From assembly GCA_015487695.1 (NCBI GenBank), contig WFPF01000103.1:19504-83503 (forward strand): a stretch of DNA of 64,000 nucleotides, written 5' to 3'. Within the stretch, counting starts at the first letter, position 1; every line of letters starts with the position of its first letter. The notes beneath the pieces were generated by a model that saw only the letters and a program-made list of their open reading frames with translations, was not told the origin of the DNA and ran no database searches. Made by a program: the position numbers and the translations under genes. Below are positions 42,722 through 51,020 of the stretch, in pieces. The DNA comes from Chitinophagales bacterium (GTDB lineage: Bacteria > Bacteroidota > Bacteroidia > Chitinophagales > S012-47).

Positions 42722-43186
42722 TCAACCCTCAATTGCTTCGAGTATCTGCTTTGCATGATCCTTGGTCTTCACCTTGTCGATGATCTTCATGATCATTCCC
42801 TCTTCATCAATGACGAATGTTACGCGGTGCGTGCCTTCATATTCTCTCCCCATAAACTTCTTGGGACCCCAAACACCGTAAAGATTTACAATCTTCTTGT
42901 CCTTATCGGCAATCAACGGGAATGGTAGATCGTATTTCTCTATAAACTTGCGATGCGATTTTTCATCGTCTGTCGACACACCCAATACTGCCAGTCCGTG
43001 TTTTTTTAAGGTTTCATAGTTGTCGCGCAGGTTGACAGCTTCGGCTGTGCATCCGCTTGTGTTGTCCTTCGGATAAAAATACAAAACGAGTTTGCGACCT
43101 CTGAAATCACTCAGTGCCACTTCTTTTCCATCCTGGTCCGTTCCTTTAAAATCCGGAGCCGGATCGCCTTCTTTGAGATGTGTCAT
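42722..43186 (-). CDS. bcp: Thioredoxin-dependent thiol peroxidase (peroxiredoxin Bcp)
   Basis: It has the active-site sequence [14 protein letters not shown] and a typical length of 154 aa. Confidence 0.9.
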   Translation of the reverse strand: MTHLKEGDPAPDFKGTDQDGKEVALSDFRGRKLVLYFYPKDNTSGCTAEAVNLRDNYETLKKHGLAVLGVSTDDEKSHRKFIEKYDLPFPLIADKDKKIVNLYGVWGPKKFMGREYEGTHRVTFVIDEEGMIMKIIDKVKTKDHAKQILEAIEG

Positions 43187-44892
43187 TGCTTATTGATTTT
43201 TAGTTTGTAAATCTTTTCGTTTCGGTTTCCTGCCTCATCGCTCACAAGCACGCGGATAACGTGCTCTCCCTCTTTCAATGTTACCGGCAATGTGCCTGTC
43301 AGCTTCTTTTTCTTGTAATCATACTCCATCAGCCACCACCGGCTGTCAAGATATGCATCATAGCTGTCAATACCACTTTCTTTATCCTCTATCCCCAGTG
43401 AAATAAGATCACCCGGTCCGGCTGCTTCGGGAAATACCATCTTCCAAATTTCCGGTGCCGTACTGTCCACACTAAGATAATAATTACCAAATTCACGCGT
43501 ACGAAAAATAAATACCGGTCCGCTCCATTTCCCTGTGTAGTAGCTGGTGTCGTCCTTTTCAATCCGAACTGCAACGGCTCTTTCCTTCAGAGACTCCGGG
43601 AAATCACTTTGGCGGATATTTATCACAGCTTTTTTATGCAATGGTGTTTCCGGGTCGTGTATACGGAAGAGCGGAGACATCCGGCCCTCTTCACGCTGCA
43701 AACTGTCCACGCTGAAATGAAAATATATGCTGTCATAGAGGGCTCCCTCCGGGACGATGATTTGAAATGCCCCTGATTCAAAATAGGAAGCCTCACCCGG
43801 CAACATATGCTTTGATTTCGGCCTCAGTTCTTCGTGTCTGCTTTTTGCCAGCGCCCTTACCTCAAAGGAAAGCCGGCTCTCGTTGCCAGGGGCATCGCGC
43901 ACACTTATGAGCACAGGTACCTGCGCTCCCTCATCCAGCGTCAGCCAGCCGTCTTCGACCAGCTCCGGGTACATGGAAAGCCGGTCACCGGGCAGTTTGT
44001 ACAAACGTTCTACCAGTTTCCCCTTTTTCTTTTTCAGGGCATAGTCCATATGGGCATTGGCATAGCGGCTCTCCGAAAAAGAAAACTGATCGCCCTTCCA
44101 TTCGAAAATGACCTGTCCCCCGGCTTCAATACGGCTTACGTAAACCCCCAGTCGGCCTGAATTTTTGTCCATGCGGTCGATCACCCGTATGCCAAATGCC
44201 GTGCGGCCGGCCGGTACCTCCAGGACATTCTCATTTCCGGCCAGCACATAGCCGGATTCTGCTTTACGCAGCGTGTATGACTGCGGATAGGAAGATGGGC
44301 CATAGACCAAAAGCTCATGGATTTGCGGAGCACGATGATCATTGACCCTGATGCCCAGAAGCTGAGGGTTGACGGGTTTCTGCCCGGCAGTTTTCCTGAT
44401 CTCAAAATGCAGATGAGGGCCCGATGAGCTGCCGCTGTTGCCGCTTTTTGCCACCAGATCCCCTTTTTTAATTTCGAAGCGGTGCGGAGTGAGATACAAG
44501 TCGATGGCAAAGGACTTCTTCCGGTATTGCATCTCTCTCACATAACTTGCCATGGGCTCGGAAAAGCGGCTCAGATGTGCATACACGGAAGTGTAGCCAT
44601 TGGGATGCTCGATGTACAGGGCCTTTCCAAATCCAAAGGGCGACACCTTGATCCGTGAGACGAAGCCATCTGCCACGGCATATACATTGCGGCCACTCTG
44701 CCCGCCCGTTTTAATATCAATGCCGGAATGAAAATGACCGCCCCGCAGCTCGGCAAAAGAGCCGGCCAGCTCGATGGGAAAGTCCACCGGGCTTCGAAAA
44801 TAACCGGGAGGAAGCTGAGCCCGGAGCCGGGCTGAAGCCGATAAAAAGAGAATAAGAACGATGCAGACAGCAAAGAGGCGGCTGTTCCGCAT
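43183..44892 (-). CDS. M23 family metallopeptidase with long C-terminal extension
   Basis: I trimmed it to [16 protein letters not shown] (ATG at 44892, 1 nt after the upstream stop). The M23 motifs are [10 protein letters not shown] and [15 protein letters not shown]. Confidence 0.85.
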   Translation of the reverse strand: MRNSRLFAVCIVLILFLSASARLRAQLPPGYFRSPVDFPIELAGSFAELRGGHFHSGIDIKTGGQSGRNVYAVADGFVSRIKVSPFGFGKALYIEHPNGYTSVYAHLSRFSEPMASYVREMQYRKKSFAIDLYLTPHRFEIKKGDLVAKSGNSGSSSGPHLHFEIRKTAGQKPVNPQLLGIRVNDHRAPQIHELLVYGPSSYPQSYTLRKAESGYVLAGNENVLEVPAGRTAFGIRVIDRMDKNSGRLGVYVSRIEAGGQVIFEWKGDQFSFSESRYANAHMDYALKKKKGKLVERLYKLPGDRLSMYPELVEDGWLTLDEGAQVPVLISVRDAPGNESRLSFEVRALAKSRHEELRPKSKHMLPGEASYFESGAFQIIVPEGALYDSIYFHFSVDSLQREEGRMSPLFRIHDPETPLHKKAVINIRQSDFPESLKERAVAVRIEKDDTSYYTGKWSGPVFIFRTREFGNYYLSVDSTAPEIWKMVFPEAAGPGDLISLGIEDKESGIDSYDAYLDSRWWLMEYDYKKKKLTGTLPVTLKEGEHVIRVLVSDEAGNRNEKIYKLKINKQ

Positions 44893-44893
44893 T

Positions 44894-45601
44894 TTAGAAA
44901 TTCGGACGCAGTTGAGCTCTTGCATAGAAATCATTAATATATGAGACCACGTCTTCGGCCTTGTCGACCACGGTAAAAAGCTCAAGATCATCCGGACTGA
45001 TCTTCAACTCTTTCAGCATTCGTGCTTTCAGCCAGTCGACCAGGCCACACCAATAATCGGAGTCAAACAGCACCACCGGAATGCGTTCTATCTTGCCTGT
45101 CTGTATCAGTGTCAGGGTTTCGAATAATTCATCCATGGTGCCAAAACCGCCCGGCATGCATACAATGCCCTGGGCATATTTCAGAAACATCACCTTGCGT
45201 ACAAAGAAATAGCGAAACTGTAGAATCTTGTCAGGGTCTACATAGGGATTGAGGTGCTGCTCGTGCGGAAGGTCGATATTGAGCCCCACCGATGGCGCCT
45301 CGGCCAGACGGGCCCCGAGGTTGGCCGCCTCCATCACCCCCGGTCCGCCACCTGTGATGATTCCGTAGCCCTCTTCGGCCAGCAGGTTGGCTACTTTCGT
45401 GGCCATTTTGTATTCTTCGCTTTCGGGTTTGATGCGGGCAGAACCAAATATTGAGATACAAGGTCCGATGTCTTTCATGCGCTCAAAGCCCTCGACAAAT
45501 TCCGATATGATCTTAAACATTCGCCACGATGACTCAGCCTGAATGGTGGTCCAGCTTTTCGCTTTATGAATTTTCCCGTTCCCCGGTTTTTTTTCACTCA
45601 T
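44894..45601 (-). CDS. LOG family / TIGR00730 Rossmann-fold nucleotide-binding protein
   Basis: It has GGGPGVMEAAN and the LOG family signature PGGFGTMDELFE. Confidence 0.88.
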   Translation of the reverse strand: MSEKKPGNGKIHKAKSWTTIQAESSWRMFKIISEFVEGFERMKDIGPCISIFGSARIKPESEEYKMATKVANLLAEEGYGIITGGGPGVMEAANLGARLAEAPSVGLNIDLPHEQHLNPYVDPDKILQFRYFFVRKVMFLKYAQGIVCMPGGFGTMDELFETLTLIQTGKIERIPVVLFDSDYWCGLVDWLKARMLKELKISPDDLELFTVVDKAEDVVSYINDFYARAQLRPNF

Positions 45602-47130
45602 TTACTAATGGTTTTTGATACGAGATAAAGCCCCAGGAAGGTAATCATTCCATTGATAAGCAATATCTCGTGTCCGATTACATAATCACCAAAAAAGAAC
45701 GTTTCTTTTCGCTTTATCATATAAGCCGCCACGGGAGAAAGCAAAGCCACGAGCAGTACGGGCCAGCCCGACACTTTCCTTTTGGTCAGCAAGCCAAAGG
45801 CGAATAAGCCGAGCAGGGGACCGTAGGTATACCCTGCCGCCATGAACACCCGGTCGATAACGGAGCGGTCGCTGATCTGATTGAAAAGGATAATCACGCC
45901 CAGCAAGGTGACTGAGAAGCCCAGATGAACCAACATGCGTGTTTTCACCTTCTTATCTCCCGCTTTGATACCGAGAAAATCGACACAAAAGCTGGTAGTC
46001 AGAGCCGTGAGGGCCGAGTCGGCACTCGAATAAGCGGCAGCGATGAGTCCTACGACAAAAGCAATACCCACCACCGGATTTAAATACTTCAGCGCCAGCA
46101 AGGGAAAAAGCCCGTCTGCCGGAAATGCTCCGCTCTCGGCATAATTGGCAATGCCCGCATGATTGGCCAGATAAAGGAGGGCTTCATTCGGATATTGCCC
46201 GTTGGCCATCATCCCGGCACCACTCAGCTCATTGTATTTGCTGATGGCGAAAAGATAAAGCAGAGCGCCCAGACTCAAAAAGAGGAGGTTGACCACGATG
46301 AACATAGGCATCTGCGTATAAATGTTTCGCTGTGCCTGGCGCAGGGTGCGTATGCTTAAATTCTTTTGCATCATGTCCTGATCGAGGCCGGTCATGACCA
46401 AAGCAATGAAAGCCCCATTCATAAACTGAATGAAGAAATTCTTGTTGCTAAGCTCAAAATGGAAAATCTGAGTATAGGAGCTTTCCTTCAGCAGGCTCGT
46501 TGCGGCCGCAAAGTCCAGATTCATTTCTCCGGCAATGAGCACGATGGCCAGCACTGCTGCCAGCAGCATAAAAAACGTCTGCAGCGTATCGGTCCAGACA
46601 ATGGTCTTGATGCCTCCGCGAAAGGTGTAGAGCCATATCAGCGCGATGGTAATGCTCACCGTCAGCCAGAAAGGGACACCCCAGACACCAAAAACGAACA
46701 TATGGAGGACACCGGCCACCAGAAAGAGACGAAAAGCAGCTCCAATGGTGCGGGAAAGAAGGAAAAATCCGGCACCGGTTTTATAGGCGACCTTATCAAA
46801 TCGCTGAAGCAAATAATGATAGATAGAGGTCAGATTGAGCGAATAATAGATGGGCATGAGCACAAGTGCAATGACCAGATATCCGGCCATATAACCCAGC
46901 ACCATCTGCATGTAGGCAAAATGATTGCTACCGACCCATCCGGGTACCGAGATAAAAGTGACACCTGAGAGCGAAGCTCCGATCATTCCGAAAGCCACGG
47001 CAAACCAGGGCGATTTTTTCTCACCCCGAAAGAACGCGTCATTGTCGGCATGGCGGCTTGTGAAATAAGAAACCAGCAGTAATAAGGCAAAATAAGCTCC
47101 TGTGATGGATAGTATAAGCAGTGGTGTCAT
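45598..47130 (-). CDS. Sodium:solute symporter family transporter
   Basis: It has about 13 TM helices with SSS-like N-terminal TM pattern and spacing. I trimmed it to MTPLLILSITGAYF (ATG at 47130), because the terminator hairpin of the upstream gene lies inside the longer track ORF. Confidence 0.8.
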   Translation of the reverse strand: MTPLLILSITGAYFALLLLVSYFTSRHADNDAFFRGEKKSPWFAVAFGMIGASLSGVTFISVPGWVGSNHFAYMQMVLGYMAGYLVIALVLMPIYYSLNLTSIYHYLLQRFDKVAYKTGAGFFLLSRTIGAAFRLFLVAGVLHMFVFGVWGVPFWLTVSITIALIWLYTFRGGIKTIVWTDTLQTFFMLLAAVLAIVLIAGEMNLDFAAATSLLKESSYTQIFHFELSNKNFFIQFMNGAFIALVMTGLDQDMMQKNLSIRTLRQAQRNIYTQMPMFIVVNLLFLSLGALLYLFAISKYNELSGAGMMANGQYPNEALLYLANHAGIANYAESGAFPADGLFPLLALKYLNPVVGIAFVVGLIAAAYSSADSALTALTTSFCVDFLGIKAGDKKVKTRMLVHLGFSVTLLGVIILFNQISDRSVIDRVFMAAGYTYGPLLGLFAFGLLTKRKVSGWPVLLVALLSPVAAYMIKRKETFFFGDYVIGHEILLINGMITFLGLYLVSKTISK

Positions 47131-47170
47131 AGCCTCTGACAAAAGAACGGAAAGCGGGGCAGAATGACAA

Positions 47171-47203
47171 ATGCAAAAGAGCCCCGTACAATGTAAGGGG
47201 CTC
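47171..47203 (-). terminator. Rho-independent terminator downstream of giant paralogue 1
   Basis: The 7-bp GC-rich stem pairs GAGCCCC (47179-47185) with GGGGCTC (47197-47203) around an 11-nt loop. On the minus strand it is followed by TTTTGCAT. Confidence 0.65.
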
Positions 47204-47234
47204 CTTATCAATGGGCAGCTAACTCATTAAGTTT

Positions 47235-50200
47235 TTATCTTGCTTTCAGCACTTTCGTGCTTATCTGCTTGTCGGATGACGTGATTGTAAGCACATATGC
47301 TCCGGGAGGAAGATTTCCGAGATTGGCAAGTTGAATGGAGTTACGACCGGAATGCAGCTCAGCAACCATGACCGGTATTTGTGTACCGCCCATCGCCACA
47401 AGATCGACCCGCACCTCTGCATCAATGCCGCTCTCCAGGATAAGGGTCAACTGATCAGAGAAGGGCACCGGATAGACTTCTTCAATTTCCATTGAGCTGC
47501 TTATCGCTTCGATGTAAACCTGCTCCACGTTGAAATATTCGAACTGCCCGTCATAATCGGTTTGTTTGAGGCGATAGTAAATATTTCCGCTTCCCGGGGC
47601 CTCGTCCACATAGGTATAAGACAGAGGCATATCCGAATTTCCGGCTCCTCTGACCGTTCCTATTTCTTCAAAATACCGACCGTCATAGCTTCGCTCCAGC
47701 GTGAAAAAATCATTATTATGCTCCATGGCTGTTTCCCAGCTGAGCAGAACGCTTTGATCGTTCTGAAGACTTACCGAAAAATCATTTAGTTTAATGGGCA
47801 ATACATTCCCGCCCCCTGTCGTACCAAATGTATATGGTCCAAATCCATTTTGTCCATAGTTGCTTCCGATGCTGCCCTGAGTGACCGTTCCATTGATGGA
47901 AGCAGGCTGAACCGCCACCCACTCGCTGCCATCATAGTGCGCAATGGCCAAGTCGTTGAGGTCGCTGATGCCTGAGGCTGCTCCATCGCTCCAGTGCAGT
48001 ACAATCTTGACCTTCAGGCTTGACGAACCATTTACTTTTTCAATGTTCCAATGCTCAATTTTGCTTACACCGGCCAGTCCCGAGCCTAAAGAGGTATCCG
48101 CATAAGGATCCCGGATGTATTGCACCTTCATTTTATTACTGCTACTGCTATTGCTGTAATCATTCAGCTCAACGGGGGCATATACCCCTTCATCTCCAAT
48201 CGGAATGAGCATGTTGTAAGACCCTTCTTTAATGACCGCACCGTCAATAAAACTGGAATCGGAACCACCACTCAAAGTCATATTCTTATCAAATGTAATG
48301 GCATCCGGACTATTAACTCGTACAATCCCATCCACCAGTTCCAGTTCTTCTTCAATTGTTACAGACCCATTAACTATCACTGCGGCCGCAGTATCTGACG
48401 GGCCTCCATAATGGTTATTCACATAGATATTCCGGTATTTAACCACTAAATCTCCGGATAAAACTTCTCCTGCAATGCTTTGCTGCTGCTCGCCAAGAAG
48501 TAGCAACTTTGCCTGATCATCTTTAAAATTCAATCGTCCCTTGTTCGTAAGAGCAATAATATCTCCCATAAGGGTAAATCTGGATGAGCGATTAAATGAG
48601 GCATCCAGCTTATAATTGGAAGAGTTTCCGTTGTCAGCTCCAAATCTAAAATCTCCACCTACACTAAGGGTATCTTTCTCACTTGAACTGCTTGAGCCTA
48701 CCACAAAATCAAAATCATTGCTGCCACCTGTTTCACGTAAGGTAATGTTGCTATCCACTTTCATCGTGGAATTCTTCCTTAGATAGAAGTCATAGGTGGA
48801 GCTACCACCATCAAGCGAAAGGTAGGCGTTTCTACCGATAAAAATATCGCAGTTCTCTTCGAATTTAACTTGAAGCTTACTGGATCCACCGCTTTTTGTC
48901 ATGGTCATATCACGTCCGATGGATAAAGTACTGTTGTTCTTAAAATCAAGATATAAACTTGCACTTCCGCCTGAGTAAATAACATCCATGTCACCGGCTA
49001 CGGATGCATTCACATTTTCATCAATCTCGATATCCAAATTATTTGTACCTCCGTCTTTCTCAAAGTTCAAATCTCCCCCAATAATCAGTGTGGAGTTCTT
49101 TTTGAATCTATATTCCAGGTTTGAACTTCCGGAGAGATATTTGACGATATGATCCCCGGCCACATTAAAGCTCATTCCATCCTCCATTATTACAGAAAGC
49201 TTGTTATTTCCTCCGTCTTTAATAATATTGTAATCACCTGAAACCGCTACGGAGCAGTTATCCTTAAATTCAAAGTAAAAGTTTGAACTGCCTGATTCAA
49301 ATTTCACTTCAAGATTTCCTCCAATGCTTGAAGAAATATTCTGTTCAAATAGCACATCAAGTGTATTGCTTCCGCCATTTTTCAGAAAAGTGGCATTCCC
49401 GTTTACATTAAAAGTTGAGTTGTCTTTGAAGTCAAATGAATAGGTGCCGCTGCCGCTGCTAAATACTACTAAAAAATCTCCGGATACGTTAATGTTGGTA
49501 TTTTCAAGATTAAATTTGTAGCCTCCATACCCCCCGTCTTTAACCAGGATCACATCTTCGCCAATATCTACTGTATCACTATTTTCAAATTCAATTTTCG
49601 GATATTTTCCTCCGCTATGTTTTACCATAAAAGTTTTTTCGACAGTTAACTTGCTGTTCTTAACTTTTATCTTCGCTTCTTTCGATCCGTTGTTTTTTTC
49701 AAGAAGAAAACTATCCTGAACGTAAAGTACCGCATTATCTACCTTGACTTCCAGCTCTTTCGAACTTGAAGCCGAGCCATCCATAAACAAGCGACCGAAA
49801 ACATTCAATTTTCCGTTCGATTCTATCTCCAGTTTTGATTTTTTGCTACCCGACTCAATAATCAACCCTGCACATTCTGCCGTAATGTTATCGATCTTCA
49901 CATCGCCATCGGCATCTTTAATAAAGACCACATTGGCTTTGCCCGGAATGGATGAGGCTGCGGGTCCTCCATAGCCTGAGGTAGACCATGTCGAGTTCTT
50001 ATCCCAATCATCATCCCGTCTCACATAGTATTTCACCGGACTGACATTGTTAATGTACAGGGTAAAGGTTCCCGTATCGGCACTCGTTTTTGAATTCACC
50101 AAGAGGTAATACCAGGAGTCTGTTGTCAAAGCGCTGGTCGTAATAGTGGCAAATGAAGAGCCGGAAGCCACGGCACAGGACACTTCGTTGTCGGCCGCAT

Positions 50201-50618
50201 CGAAAAGGGCTATTTCAAGGTTTTGTATGCTGCCGAGCGCAGAGCCCGTTTTTACCGTAATGGTCGCATCGCTGTAAAGGGCCTTAAACTTAAACCATAC
50301 GCCCTGCCCCGAGCCACTGTTGAAACACGAGCCCGAGACGGCATCGGTAGTGGCATTTTCATTGGTAAATGCCGCGAAGGCACTTTGGTCTTCATACAAA
50401 TCGGTGAGCCAGACAGCACCTGATTTCGTATCATTTGCCGGAGCAATGCCCCCTGTGGAAGCCATGGATTGCTCCTGGTCGCCTACCTGCAGGTAGAACC
50501 ACATGATGGCTCCAATCACGGACAAAATGGCCAATCCGCCTCCTCCGTATTTGATCAGGCGGGTTTTGAGCGTAGTTTGTGTTACAACTTTCGGTTCAAG
50601 TTTCAATTTGGTTCGCAT
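47235..50618 (-). CDS. Giant beta-helix repeat protein with T9SS C-terminal sorting domain (putative adhesin), paralogue 1
   Basis: It is 1127 aa and starts with a basic N-region plus a hydrophobic anchor. The conserved N-module runs WLTDLYEDQSAFAAFTN..TGTFTLYINNV. A YYVR..DW..NSTWSTSG helix entry follows, then 54-aa tandem repeats. Next is an LPIKLNDFSV..W.T..EHNNDFFTLERSYDG module. The C-terminus VYPVPFSDQLTL...GAYVLTI is a T9SS CTD. Confidence 0.75.
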   Translation of the reverse strand: MRTKLKLEPKVVTQTTLKTRLIKYGGGGLAILSVIGAIMWFYLQVGDQEQSMASTGGIAPANDTKSGAVWLTDLYEDQSAFAAFTNENATTDAVSGSCFNSGSGQGVWFKFKALYSDATITVKTGSALGSIQNLEIALFDAADNEVSCAVASGSSFATITTSALTTDSWYYLLVNSKTSADTGTFTLYINNVSPVKYYVRRDDDWDKNSTWSTSGYGGPAASSIPGKANVVFIKDADGDVKIDNITAECAGLIIESGSKKSKLEIESNGKLNVFGRLFMDGSASSSKELEVKVDNAVLYVQDSFLLEKNNGSKEAKIKVKNSKLTVEKTFMVKHSGGKYPKIEFENSDTVDIGEDVILVKDGGYGGYKFNLENTNINVSGDFLVVFSSGSGTYSFDFKDNSTFNVNGNATFLKNGGSNTLDVLFEQNISSSIGGNLEVKFESGSSNFYFEFKDNCSVAVSGDYNIIKDGGNNKLSVIMEDGMSFNVAGDHIVKYLSGSSNLEYRFKKNSTLIIGGDLNFEKDGGTNNLDIEIDENVNASVAGDMDVIYSGGSASLYLDFKNNSTLSIGRDMTMTKSGGSSKLQVKFEENCDIFIGRNAYLSLDGGSSTYDFYLRKNSTMKVDSNITLRETGGSNDFDFVVGSSSSSEKDTLSVGGDFRFGADNGNSSNYKLDASFNRSSRFTLMGDIIALTNKGRLNFKDDQAKLLLLGEQQQSIAGEVLSGDLVVKYRNIYVNNHYGGPSDTAAAVIVNGSVTIEEELELVDGIVRVNSPDAITFDKNMTLSGGSDSSFIDGAVIKEGSYNMLIPIGDEGVYAPVELNDYSNSSSSNKMKVQYIRDPYADTSLGSGLAGVSKIEHWNIEKVNGSSSLKVKIVLHWSDGAASGISDLNDLAIAHYDGSEWVAVQPASINGTVTQGSIGSNYGQNGFGPYTFGTTGGGNVLPIKLNDFSVSLQNDQSVLLSWETAMEHNNDFFTLERSYDGRYFEEIGTVRGAGNSDMPLSYTYVDEAPGSGNIYYRLKQTDYDGQFEYFNVEQVYIEAISSSMEIEEVYPVPFSDQLTLILESGIDAEVRVDLVAMGGTQIPVMVAELHSGRNSIQLANLGNLPPGAYVLTITSSDKQISTKVLKAR
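48777..49424 (-). repeat. Four tandem in-frame 162-bp (54-aa) coding repeats inside the 1127-aa gene; degenerate copies extend to about 48519-49841
   Basis: Units start at aa 399, 453, 507 and 561, exactly 54 aa apart. N is invariant at position 2, GG at positions 17-18, and each unit ends (F/L)(K/R). The local GC content is visibly lower than the flanks (about 32% in a 60-nt sample at 49261-49320). Confidence 0.85.
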
Positions 50619-50965
50619 GAATGGGTATTTGTATTACATGTTTCAATTACGTGTTTCATTCAATTAGGTTACATGCCGTCAAAGCAGGACGCCTTCTATG
50701 TGATATTATTTTTATTGCTGCTCCTCATTAATGCAGCGCGGCATCGGCACTGGCTGAAAAAAATAAATAGGAGTAGAGGATGAAAGCGAATACCAGAATA
50801 AGAAATAGCGGCCAGACTCTTGCTGGCGACAAGCAACATAAAACTTTCACTGAAGGGCGCACTTTAATGCTGCATCTCAGTGTCATCATTTGTTTCATAA
50901 TGGCAGTGTTTCACGGGTATACGTTTCAGCGTGCATTTTGTTCCTGATCCGCGCCCGGATTATTA

Positions 50966-50990
50966 CAAAAAAAGCCCCCTTCCGGAGGCT
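50966..50990 (-). terminator. Rho-independent terminator downstream of giant paralogue 2
   Basis: The minus strand reads AGCCUCC-GGAA-GGGGGCU, a 7-bp stem with one G-U pair, followed by UUUUUUU (the A-run 50967-50973 on the plus strand). It lies 31 nt after the stop at 51021. Confidence 0.8.
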
Positions 50991-51020
50991 TTACCACATG
51001 AAAAAGTCAACTACTACTTT

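Noticed and set aside
47131-47211. The sodium:solute symporter ORF has an N-terminal extension (track ORF starts at 47211).
   Set aside because: The extension contains the terminator hairpin of the upstream giant gene (47179-47203) and encodes a Cys- and His-rich non-membrane peptide. MTPLLILS at 47130 begins the first TM helix. I trimmed similar extensions at 1952, 3015, 6126, 16000, 19515, 24039, 32206, 39693 and 44991.
48777-49424. Regularly spaced 162-bp repeats could be a CRISPR-like or satellite array.
   Set aside because: The repeats are in-frame within a long uninterrupted ORF and are conserved at the protein level rather than the DNA level. There are no identical short direct repeats with unique spacers, and no cas genes.
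50673-50783. A 36-aa ORF, MPSKQDAFYVILFLLLLLINAARHRHWLKKINRSRG, with a hydrophobic core lies in the spacer between the giant genes.
   Set aside because: It is very short and has neither a promoter box nor an SD-like tract. Its hydrophobic run derives from a T-rich stretch. The evidence is weaker than for the neighbouring 55-aa ORF, which I report only as a low-interest finding.
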